Made by a program: the position numbers and the translations under genes. Below are positions 11,913 to 23,600 of a stretch of 64,000 bases of DNA, in pieces; positions within the stretch are counted from its first letter, which is position 1, and every line of letters begins with the position of its first letter. Origin of the DNA: Cyanophora paradoxa CCMP329 (lineage: Eukaryota; Plantae; Glaucophyta). Under the pieces are notes generated by a model that was not told the DNA's origin, made no database searches, and saw only the letters and a program-made list of their open reading frames with translations. Location of the stretch: the NCBI GenBank assembly GCA_004431415.1, contig QPMI01000689.1, positions 1 through 64,000 on the forward strand, written 5' to 3'.

Positions 11913-12163
11913 TCCCGAGCCTCTTTTTTGAAGTCTAGATCTGCTCCTGCCGACTTCGCATCTAATTGATTGCTTAATAAGCTTAAGTTTGTTGCAAGCT
12001 AGAGCTAGTCCTATAGCCTTTCGCTATAGAATATTGCATTCTGTCCTTTTTAATTTTTCCCTTTTTCGCACGTGAGGGGGAGGGGGGAGGAGTGGGTTGC
12101 AATTGGGGAAGGGGAGGGGGGTGGGTGGGGGGTTCTACGGGGCACAATGACCCGTGGCCTTCG

Positions 12164-13779
12164 CTATCGGCGGAGGTGCGTGAAGGACGCCAGGGCGCTG
12201 AAGACGCACACCATGTCGATGAAGAGGCCCCCGCCTGATTCGAACCCGACACGCGCACGCGCGCGATCCCAATCATCGGCGCGCGGATTGACTATGTAAG
12301 GGGGCGCGCACCGAGCCACGTGTGGTTGGCGTAGGCGAGCGCGGCGGCGCAGGTGATGCCGATCGTCGCCTGGAGCCGCTGGGCGATCGTCGGGTCCGAG
12401 ACTGCGGGGGTACGGCGTTCGGAAGGGGGGGGGCGAAGGGAGGGGGGTAGCGGGCACGTCGGCCAGGGAGGAAGGAGATGAGGCCCCGGAGGACGCCCGC
12501 CCCGTCCAGCGGCGGCATCGGCAGCAGGTTCAGGGCGCCCTGTACCCGGGCCCGTGAATCCGGGTACCCCAAAGAGGAAAAGAGCTTGAGGGGGGTACGC
12601 ACGAGTATAACATTGAGGGAAAGGGTCTCCATGGCGACCTGCAAGACGGGTAAGCGAAAGGGACCCGCGCCTTCGCTGGGATTAGGGAGCTGGGGGGGGG
12701 AAGGGGGGTACGCGCCTTGTACCAGAAGACCGGCATGCCGTAGCGCCCGAAGTAGAGTACGGTACCCGCCGCGGCGGCCGCGATGAGGAAGTTCGCCGCG
12801 GGGCCTGCGGCGCGGTTGAGTTGGCCTGGGGTACAAGCTGGGACGGGGGTACAGCGGACCAGCGAAGGAGACGACGCCGTCGGCGCGGGGCGGGAGCTCG
12901 ACGTTCGTCGCGGCGTACCCTGCTGAGGGGATCGGGCGGGGGGGGGGGAAGGGGCGCGGGGGTACGCACCCCCGGCGAAGTGGAGCCCGATCTCGGTCAC
13001 GGGGGCCCCGTAGTGGCGGAACGCGACCGCGTGGGCGGCCTGCGGGGGGTACGGCGCGGTGAGGCGGGGCGCGAACGAAGCATGCAAAGCGCCTCGCCTC
13101 GTGGAAAAGGATGCTGAAAGCCCGAATGCCCTCGCTCACGAGTGGCGCCATGGTCCCGAACTTCGCCGCCTGCAGACTGCGCGGCGGGATCGGGTCGGAT
13201 CGGGTCGGGTCGGGCCGGATCAAATTGCAGCGGCGCGAGGGGCGAGGGCGGACCACTGGTACGCGAAGTAGAGGCCCCAGGTCCAATCGACGCGGAAATC
13301 AGTGTTCGGGAAGCCCGGAGTCGGGAAGTACAGCGCCCCGTTCTCGATGCGCAGGCGCGGCTTCCGCGGAGGCGGCTGCGCGAGGAGAGATGCAGTGAGA
13401 TCGAAGGGCAGGCGGAGCGCGCATTCGGATTCGAATGGCGCACGTGCGGCTCGAAGTAGAAGAAGTCGACGCCATCTTTCCGCGCCGGGACCGGCGAGGA
13501 CCGCAGCGGGCCGCTGCAGCTCGAGCTGGATCGCGATAGGCGAAGTGCGTAGCTATAGATTCCGTTGTCGGAGCACCTGCGCGCGGGGGCGAGGCGTCGA
13601 ACCAGCACGAGCTGGGCCGGTCGGCGCGAGGGGGTCAAGGCCGGCACCTCTGTGCGAGGCCGGGCGCCGTAGTGGCTCGTTGGAGGCCCGCGCTGGACAA
13701 GGCCGCTGGCCGTCGCAACTGATGATGTCCAAAAGGCTCGAGCGCTGCTCCGTGAGGCAGACGGCGTGAGAGCCAGCAT
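12164..13779 (-). CDS. Site-2 protease / peptidase M50 family membrane metalloprotease, possible organellar transit peptide (multi-exon)
   Basis: Spliced LFHE|AAH (HExxH), VSFAGPAAN and LNLLPMPPLDG motifs; Ser/Arg/Ala-rich N-terminus from ATG 13779. Confidence 0.85.
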
Positions 13780-13910
13780 GCCGCCCGCGCAGTCGAGCCG
13801 CTCGCCGAGCCAGCCGAGAGCGAGGGCCGGGCCAGCCGCAGCATTGCAGACTGTGTCGTACCCCGGAAGACCTAGTCTCCACTCGAACGGCCCTAGCTAG
13901 CGAGCGGAAT

Positions 13911-14197
13911 ATGACAGTAAAGCAGGCGGCCATCGTGTCCGGAGCGATAGGGCTGGCTTGGCTGGCCGGCAACCCGCTCCCGCTCCTGATCATGCTCCTC
14001 GGCTTCATCGAGCCCATCCAGGTGCCCCGCGAGCCGCCGCCGCATCCGTCATGCATGCTCGGATGAGCCTGAATCGCTCCGCGCAGGCCTACTTCATCAA
14101 CAAAGCCGTTGGCACGGGCGAGAGCTCGGATTCCAGCAACGGCGACCGGAAGGGGCGCGGCCGACCCGCGCGCATCCGTGCTGGCGGTCGGAGGTAG
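13911..14197 (+). CDS. Small hypothetical membrane protein (3' end uncertain)
   Basis: MTVKQAAIVSGAIGLAWLAGNPLPLLIMLLGFIEPIQ, then a gt...cgcag intron, then AYFINKAVG. Divergent from the M50 gene. Confidence 0.35.
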
Positions 14198-14662
14198 TCA
14201 GTTGCGCGGCCCGCTTCCGCGCGCGCGGCCGCCGGTGAGCACCATGACCAGCCGCGGCGAGCGCCAGCGGATTCGCGCGCGGCCGTCGGCAGGAGACGCC
14301 AGCCGACTGCCGCGTTGCGCGTTCACTTAAGCTACCGGCTTGCCAGCTTCTTCAGCTCCGCAGGCCGCGCCCGGGCCGCTCAGGCGACTTGCCGTTTTTG
14401 AACCCGAGCACTTGCAACATGGCCTTGGTGGGTTGCAATTGCCGGCTCCTGTAGCAGCTTAGTGCGGCATTAGATTCACCTTAGGGTTTCATGCTTTCTT
14501 CCCTTCAGCTCCGGCTGCTTAGCTTCTTGTTTCAACATCCCCTCGGCTTCCCCCACGCGATCGTCTCGTTGAAGGCTTCTAGTGATTTGCAATTGGTCTG
14601 CTGTGTTCAAATACAGTCCGGACTACAGAATGACTAAATTGCGCTGACGGGCGCGCGGTATA

Positions 14663-17600
14663 CTATCGGGAGGCGGTGCGGTACAAGGACGGAGCAGGGC
14701 TCGTCGGGGGGTACGGGTGGCTGGAGGTCCCGGGGCCCGAGGAGGTGTAGGGTCGGTCCCGGTCCGAGGGGTAAGCGGGGGGGTACGTGGGGCTCGGGGA
14801 GGGGTACGAGTGGCCGACGCGGTCGCGGTCGGAGGGGTTGTAGGGAGCGTAGACGGGGGCGTGGCCGGAGGAGGCAGGGAGGGGCGGGTCGGAGGGGCCG
14901 GGGTACGGGCGGTACGAGCGGTCGCGGGGGTCAGCGCCGGGGGCGGGGAGCGAGTAGTCGGGGAAGGGGGCGTGGGACGGGGCGGAGGTGGTGGAAGCCC
15001 GGGGGTCGCCGCCTATCCGCGCCATCGGGACCTGCACCAGGCCCGTGCCTGCGCCCCTCCCCACTCAGACCGGGACCGATCGACCAGGGGGGGGGGGAGA
15101 AGCCGCACCGGGGTCCACCCACTCGGGCCGGTAGACGCGCAGCTGCCCCAGGAACTGGTCCCGCTCCTTCAGCAGCCGCTCCTCCCTGCGAACGAAGGGA
15201 GCCACGATGAGGAAGACGAAGGGGGTACAGGAAAGGAAGAAAAAAGGCACCGCTCGGCGCGGCGGTCGAGCTTCTCGCGCAGGGCGCGCTCGCGGAACTC
15301 GCCGTCCTCCTCCTAGGAGCGCGGTTGGGGGTACGGTGAGCTGCAGGTTGAAGGGGGGGGGGCACGGGAGGGGGTACCTGCTGCTTGTGGCGCCAGCGCT
15401 GGAGCTCAATCTCCGAGTCCATCTCGCGGACCTGCGCGCGGGGGGCTCGAAACAGGCTGGGAGGGGGGTAGAGGGAGGATTCAGGGGGGTACGGCTCGCC
15501 TGCTGGCGGAGGTTCTTGAGCTCCTGCTGCATGCCGTCCAGCACGCGCCGGTGCTCCTTGCTCGTCATGTCGGACAGCTGCCGCCGCCCCCAGTCAGTTT
15601 TCTTCGCGTACCCGGCTCCAAATTCGCGTACCCGGGACTTGCGGAGGCGGATGTCGGAAACAAGGCGCTCGTACTCCTCCATCGTGTCATTCACGCGCAG
15701 CGCCAGCGCGTGGTTCTGCCCGCGTAGCGTACCCCTCAGAAGAAGGGGAGGGAGGGAGGCGGAGGGGGGTACGGGACAGCGGCGCGCCTCCTTGCGGGCG
15801 GCCTTGTACGAGTCGAGGAGGCGCTGGACCTTGCGCGCCTCGCGCTCGAGCAGCTCGGGGGCCGTCCCGTCGCGGTCGCGGTCCCGCGGGGCGGCGGATA
15901 GGGCCTCGCGCGTCACTTCGGCCGCCCCGCGCGCGTGCAGCGCGTACAGCTCGTCAAGCTGAGGGAGGGTCGAATGTCATAAACAAGCAGCAAGCAAGAA
16001 AGAAGCGAGAGCGCGCCTGGGTCTCGCGCTCGCAGGCGAGCTTGCGGAGGGCGTCGGCCTTGGCGGCCAGGCGCCCCCGCTCCTCGATCTCCTCGCGGGA
16101 GCCCTCGTCGGGGGCGTCCATCACCGCCCGCGCCCACGCCGCCCCGGACACGCCCCCGTGCAGTCCCGCCTGCGGGATCCCCTTAGTAGGTTAGGTAGAG
16201 ATTGGAGCCAGAACGGGAAGCAACGCCGCCGTACCCCCTGGGAGTCGCCGGCGGCGTCCAGCGAGAACTTCTCCCGCTCGAGCTCGAGCGCCCGCCGCTC
16301 CTGCGCCGTCGCCCGCTCCTCCTGCGAACGAAGCGATTGAGTCGCTTGATGCGCGTACCCCCCCCCCCCATCCAAACCGGGGGTACGCGCCTGGAGGACG
16401 GCGTCGTGGCGCAGCTTCGTGAGCTCCTCCGCCTCGGCGTTCAGCCGCTTCTTCAGGAACATGATCTGGCGAACGAAGTGGGGGGGGGGGGGGGGTAAGA
16501 AACGAGGGGCTAGGGGCACCTCGTCGTAGAGAGCGCCCATGTTCCCCCCGCGGGCGGTGCCGCCCTGTCGGAGAATGGCGGCGGCGGCGGCGCCGCCGCG
16601 CTCGAGGGCGCGCAGGCGCTTCTTGAGGGCGTGAAGCTCGGCCAGGAGTCCGGCGGCGGCGCGCTGCTCGGCGAGCGTCTCGCGGCGCGGCGGGGCGAAC
16701 GCCGCCTCCAGGCGGGAGTCGACCTTGGGGCCGGCGAGCGCCGCCCGCCGCATGCGGAGCGCCGCCTCCCGCTCCGCGAGGTACGTGCCCCCGCCCTGCA
16801 GGTACAGATCCACGTCCGACTGGCCCGGCACCGTCCGCACGCCGGCGGCCCCGCGGCGCCGCTCGGGCGAGGCGCTCTGCCCGTAGCGCCGGCGCCGCGT
16901 CGAGTGGGCGAGCTGGACGCCGTAGGCGGGGTGCCCCTGCTGCCGCGCCAGCGACGCCCGCGTGTGCACGAGGTAGGGCGGCGATCCCTCGCCCTGTCCC
17001 CTCCCCCTTTAGAAGAAGCAGAGGGGGGGCGAAAGAAGGGGGAGGGGGTACGCGCGCGCCTGCTCGTCGGGGGACCACTCGGCCTCCTCCTCAAAGAAGA
17101 GGCTGGGGCCGGCGCCGCCCGCCCGCCGCGCCGTCCCCGTCGCCAGCGCCCGCTGCGGCGCCCGCTAAGAAGACAAGCCAAGCCAAGACAAGACAAGACA
17201 GGACAGGGGCAGGGTGGACCTGGTAGGCGCGGCGGTCGTCGAGCATGGCGCGTTCCATCATTAGGGTGTCGGAGACGGTGCCGGCGCCCCGCCACGGGCT
17301 CGTGTGCTCCGCCCGCCGCATCGTCGTTTCCTTCCGCGCCGCCGCTGCGGGGCGGGGCGGGGCGGGAACGGGTCGGCCGGCCGGCCGCGGCGCAGAGGGG
17401 CGGCGGCGAGTCGGCCGACTCACCCTCGCGCCGCTTCTGGGCCGCGGCGGTCGACTCGTATCGCATCTTGACGTGGATGACGGCGGCGCCGGCCGGCGGG
17501 CCGCGGGCGGCGTTCACGCCCCCGGGGCCCGTGCCCGCCCCGCCGATGTTGCCCACGGCCACCGCGCGCGCCGTGCGCGTCCCGCCCATCGTCGCCGCGA

Positions 17601-20600
17601 GGTCCGCCGCCTACGCCGGTGTCAGTACGTAGCATCTCTAGGACGGGAGGGGAACGGGCCTTGAAGGGGTCCATGTCGGAGAGGGTGTTGTCGAAGGCGG
17701 TAATGGCCTTCTCGCCCGTGCCCGAGAGCGAGAGGACGAACCACTTGTCCACCAGCACGCCCTCCTTCAGGTCACCCACGTTCACCTGTGCCCCCGGAGG
17801 GCTCAGAAAGGGCGGAAAACAGTTTTGGTTTGGAGGTAGAGAGACCTTGAAACCGCCCAGGAAAGTCTCGGTGCGGACGTCGCGGTCCCCGCCGGCGCCC
17901 CCGGCGCCGCCGCGGAGGGTCGTGCCGGGCCCGGCGCCCGGCGCCCGCGGCGGGCGCGTCGCGCCGCGCTCGGGGCAGTCCAGGACCGAGACCGCCAGCG
18001 TCGCGTCCTATAACATCGCATCTTCAGCCTTCTTTTACAAGAGTTAATAAGAAGAAGAAGAATGAATGACCTCCTTCATGACGTGGAAAGTGAAGTTCTC
18101 GTTCCACGCCACCGGCTGCGGGTCCGAGGCCAAGGCCGAAGGGGTCGGCCCTCTCCCTCCTTCTCTAAAGGGATGGGGCGGGGCCGGGGCGCGCACCATG
18201 CCGGGCTGGGCGACGCACTGGTAGGAGGTGTGGTGCTCCTCCTCGCCCAGCGCCAGCTCCACGAAGACCTGCGGGGGGGCCCTCTCTCGGCTCGGGCGGG
18301 GGCGCGCGGTCTCCATCGCCAATCTTATCGTCAATCTTAGAGGCCGCATTCTCCAGGCCGCGCCGGGGGCGCGCGGATGGGGCGGGGCGGGGCGGGTTGT
18401 TGTTTGTAGGGGGCGGTGCCTCCACTCTAAAAATCTAATATAATATTGCGACGGGCGCGTCGGGGGTCTCATCTCCAAATCTAATAACAGGTCTCCGCGA
18501 AGGGAGGAAGGGAGGGCGGTTTCCATCGCCAATCTTAGAGGCGGCATCCTCCGGGCGACGCTACGGGTAATTCGAGTTCCTCCTACCTCGCGGTAACCGG
18601 GGCCGAAATCTAATGCCGAAATCTAATGCAGGCCGCATCCTTTAATGCCGAAATCTAGTATCTCTGTGAAGGAAAAGCTAACAGGTGTCGTTAAGGAAAA
18701 GCGCGGACGGACCTCGCGGTAGCCGGGGCCGAGGGCGACGGCGCGGCCGTAGAGGTTCCGCGCCTCCACGATCCCGATCCGCAGCCGGCCCAGCTCCGGC
18801 TGCCCGAACCTTTTGGGAAGGGAGAGAGGGGCGCTTAGCGAAGGCTTCGGGGGCAGGCGGGCGGGGCGGGCGGGCGGGGGCGCGCCAGATGCCGTCGTGG
18901 TTGGAGCCCGTGCCCCAGGTCTTGCCGCCCAGCGCCCGCCCCTTCGTCACGTCCATCTCCTCCTCCCGCCGCTGCCGCGCGTAAGGAAGGAAAGCGGAGT
19001 AGAGGACGGGGGAGGGCCGGACGCGGCGCTCGAGGTCCTCCTCGTGCTTCCGGCGGGCCTCCTCCTCCTGCTTCTTCGCCGCCTGCCCGGCGCAGCTTAG
19101 CCTTTCTAAGCTTAGCCTAGGGGCGGGGGCGGGGCCGGGGGCGGGGGCGCGCCTCCTCGGAGACGAACTGGAAGGCGAGGTGGACCTGCCCCTGCACCGC
19201 CTTGCGCCCCGCCTTGTCCGTCAGCGGGTACCACTGCGCCCGCGTCAGACGTCAGGCGGGGGAAGAAAGAAAACGGGGGGCGGGAGGGGGCAGGGGCGGG
19301 GCCTCCAGAACGATAGCATAGCTTAGGAAGCCGGGGGGGCTCGGGGCGGGGCTCGGGGCGGGGCCGGGGGCGGGGGCGGGGCGCACGTCGTCGTGGAGGC
19401 GGCCGTCCAGCAGCGAGACGAGCGTGACCTGCCGGCCGGGGAGGGCGGGGCGGGGCCCCGCTCAGCTCGCGTTGGGGCGTGCTTTGCTAAGCTTTTGCTA
19501 AGCTAAGCTATTGGCCGTCACTCGGCTGGCGCTCGGGCGGAGCGCTTGTATAGCTATCGTTTTTCTGGAGGCTGTCGAGGAAAGGGGGAGAAAGGGGGGG
19601 CCGGACCTTGCACTGGCCGACGAAGTCGTCGGCGGAGCCGCGGTCCCGGTCCCACACCTCGACGACGAACTCGGGGTGGTTCACGTCCCCCTCCGTGATC
19701 TCGCTGCCCGCGCGTTTGAGAGGAGGGCGGAGGCGTGGGCGTGTCAGAGAACGCAGGGAAGGGAGCGCGGGGCGGAAGCTTGAGGAACGGGCGCGTTGTT
19801 CCGTTCGCTTCTCAGAGAGCAGAAAGGAAGCTATTATTGTTCTTTAGAAGCGCGCACAAGGTGAACTCCTCGCCCCAGGCAGGGTTCTTGTTGTCGGGGA
19901 TGTGCCGCGTCTTGAAGGTGCGCTCCCCGAGGCGCACGGCGAGAAAGGGGTCGATGGAGCCGATGAGGTCCATCTTGGGGAGGTCCCGCGCGCCCACCGC
20001 ACGCACCACCACCTGCCGCGCCGGGCGGCCCGATCGAGCGAGCGGGGCGGGGCGGGGCGGAAATCGAAGGGGTTCCCCGCTACTATCATTCAATCTCCGG
20101 TGATTATCTCTCTCAGTTCTCTGTGCTTTACGCCCGCCGGACGCACGCGGCCGCGGCGGTTGAGGACGAGGGCCTTGAGGGCCTCGCTGCGGCGCGCCTG
20201 CTCCGCCCGGAACTCCTGCGGGGCGGAGCTCGCTCAGAAGAAGGAGGAGGAGAAGAAGGAGAGGCGGATAGTAGTAGTAGTAGTTGTTGTTGTTGTTGTG
20301 TGCTAATGCAAACCATACGAAGAAGAGGAAGGAGGAGGAGGAGAGGCGGGGGCGGGGGCGGGGGCGGGCTGGGCGCGGGGGGTACCGGGGCGACGACGTA
20401 GCGGAGGCGGAGGCAGAGGTCCCCCGAGACGCGCTCCTTCGTCTCCCCCGCCGTCAGCGGCAGCCACTGGTCCTTCACCTGCGGCGCGCCCCCCGGGCGT
20501 CAAAGGCGCAGCCTCCGCCGTGTTCTACGTTCTTTCTGTGTGTGCGCACCTCGCCGTCGCGGAGCTCGGCGACGGAGATGTCGGCGCTCCCCATGAAGTC

Positions 20601-23600
20601 GTGCTTGCCCACCTGCCCGCCCGGCAATGAAGGGAGGAGGGGCGGGGCCACGAAGGGAGGGGGTGGGTGGGGGGGGGGTACCGCGTCCTCGTCGAAGACC
20701 TCGATGCGGAGCAGCGAGTCCGGCTTGGAGAGGCGGAACGAGAACTGGGGGGCAGGCGGGCTGGTGTTAGCTTCCTCGAGATCCGCGCTCTGGGCTCTTT
20801 TAGAGCTCTTTTAAAGGGCCGGGGCCCTTTCAGGCCCTTTCAGGCCCTTAGGCCCCTTCAGAGGGCCGGGGCCCACCTTGGCGTTCCAGACGGGGTTCAG
20901 GTTCTTCTGGATGGTCGGCGTCTTGCTCTGCTGCTCCTCGATCTGAAGGAGGGGAGATTATAATAAGGAGAAGAAGAATATTAACGAATTAAGCTAGAGG
21001 GGACCTTGAGGACGCAGTAGGGGTCCGAGGAGCGCGAGAACGTGTCCTTGATGGCGAGGTTCCGCGCCTTAAGAAGAAGAAGAAGAAGATTGGTTAGAAG
21101 GAGCTTGGAAGGGCCCGAAAGAGGAGGGATAAAGACCTTGAGTACGATGACGTCCAGCTGGGCGATCTGCGGGGGGCTCAGCAAAGAAAAGAGGCGAGAG
21201 GTAAAGGTGAAGAACGAAAGAAAGGGGACCTGGCCGGGGTCGAACCGGAGCTGCTTGGGGTCCATCATCTCGGAGCCGGTGGACTCGAGCCCGTACATCT
21301 CGCGGATCGTGCGGGCGTTCCGCGGGGCGTCCGGCGGCGGCACGTGCTCGATCCTCAGGTGAACCTCCCCCGTCACCTTCTTCTTGGCCGAGGAGGAGGC
21401 GAGCGGGAACCAGTTGTCGAGCGGGTTGGCGGCGCCGTCCAGCAGGTCGAGGCCGATCGTCACCTCGCCCAGGTAGTCGTGGCTCCCGATCAAATCCTCG
21501 TCGTACAGCACGATCTGAGGCGGAATCTCACATAAGTAAAGGAAAGGAAAGGAAAAGAAAGGAAAGGAAAGGAAAGGAGGGGAAAGGAAAGGAAAGGAGG
21601 GGAAAGGAAAGGGAGGGGGCGGGCCTTGAGGAACTCGGAGGGGTCGGCCACGTCGAACTCGAAGGATTCGCGCCAGACGGGGCTCAGGTTCTTGTAGATC
21701 GTCTTCGTCTTCTTCTGCCCCGCCTGGCGCCCCCTCGCACTCTCAGCCTCTAGACTGTACGGAGCAGAGGGCGTGCGGACCTTGCCGCCCGACTCGCCGA
21801 AGGTGAGGACGCAGTACGGGTCCGACTTGCCGTTGATGTCCGCCGCGATCAGCCCGCGCGCCTCGATGCACTGCGGGAAAGGCTCGGCGTATAGAGCGGT
21901 ACGGGAGCAATGGGGGGTACGAGCCTCGACGCGGAGGCGCCCGTGCGCACGGGTGCCGCCCATGTCCCGCCGCGACTTGCTCTGCAAAGAATTTGAGGGA
22001 GGGGTACGCGCCAAAGAAAAAAGATGCAAAAGAATTGCGTACCCCGGGTAAGCTCTGGGCGACCTCGAAGCGGAGGTGGACCTTGCAGTTCGTGAGCTCC
22101 TCGGGCTTCACCTCCTTCGGCTGTGCCCGGGCTGAGCTTTTGAGGAGGGGGAGGAGCCGGAGGGGGGTACTGCGCGCCTTGGTGGAGACCATGGGGTACC
22201 AGTCGTCGATGACGCCGGCGTGGAGATCGCGGAGCTCGACGTGGACCTGCGTCACGCGTACGCCAGGCCGAGCCGAGCGCAGCCATCAGAATTCGATCCG
22301 CGCGATCCTTCGATTTTCCGATGAGCCGCGCACCTCGCCCATGTAGTCGTTGCTCCCGAAGCGGTCCCAGTCCCACACCTCGATCACGATCTTCTCGTCC
22401 GGGCTCGGCACCTGCCGGGCGGGCGGGCGGCTCGAGGAGATGGGATAATGCGGGGGAAAGACAAGGCGGGCTCGCCTCGAATTCGCAGGGGTGGTTCCAG
22501 CCCGGGTCCAGCGTCTCTTTGATCTTCTCGCTCTTGCTGATCTGCTTGGACCCCAGCTTCACGATGACGAACGGGTCCGACTTGCCGTTCGAGTCCTTCG
22601 CGATGAGCTTGCGGCCCTCCACGACAGTCATCAGCACCTGAAAGAGCTTCAGACCCGCCCCTCCACAAGACTTCATGTTATAGTAAAGAAGACGTGATTG
22701 TCACCTTGTCGCCGGTGCGGACCTTCCCACCGGCCTGCGCGCCGGCCCCGCCCTCCTGGCCGGGGCGCGGGTCGATGCTCAGGACGCAGTTGAGCCTCGC
22801 CCCCGCCAGCGCCGCCTCGTCCATCTGAGGCGGGGCGGGAGCACTCAGAAGAGAAGACGACGACGAAGAAGAAGAAGAGGAGGAGTAGGAGGGCTGGCAA
22901 GGCCTGCGAGTACCGAGGAGCGGTAGCTCCGCATCGGGAAGAAGTCCTCCATCGTCGCCCCCGCCCGCATCTCTGGGGAGGGGGGGTACGTGAGCGGGGG
23001 GCGGGGGGGGCGGGGGAGAGGGGGTAGGGGCGGGCGCACCGGAGACGGGGATGCGGACCTCGCCCATGTACTTGGGCGACTGGATCCGGTTCCAGTCGAA
23101 GACCTAACGGCGGAGACGGAGAAGTTAGAGAACGCCGGCCGTGTGGGGGGGCCGGGGGAGGGGTACAGGGGGGGGTACCTCGATCAGGAGCTCGTCGCTG
23201 TCCCCGGGGATCACCAGGTCGAAGGACGCTGGGCGCGGGAGGAGGCTCGCCGGCGCGCCGGGCGGAAGCGGGCGAAGGGGGGAGAGCAGAGAAACAGGCG
23301 CACCGTTCCACTCGGGGCTGAGCGTGCCCTTGCGGGTCTCGGTCTGGCCGAGGGCGCGCTGGAGGGATCCCCAGCGGACGATGGCGTAGGGGTCCGAGGT
23401 GCCTCCGCGGTCCATCGCCGGCAGCCGCAGGCCCCCGACGAGCGTCAGGCGGCCCGTGTCCCCGGCCCGCGCGGGGGGGTACGCCTCGCCCGCCTTGGAC
23501 TTGTCCCGCGGCGCCTTGGCCCCGGGCAGGCCGGCCGGGCGCGTGACCGAGGCCTGAATGAACACGCGGCTCGCCTTGATCTGCGGGCGGCGCGGCTCGG

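Noticed and set aside
18300-18660. Short repeats (ATCGCCAATCTTAGAGG, GCCGAAATCTAAT) in a C2-gene intron as a possible ncRNA
   Set aside because: No C/D or H/ACA boxes and no clear TIR/TSD; probably a decayed repeat insertion.
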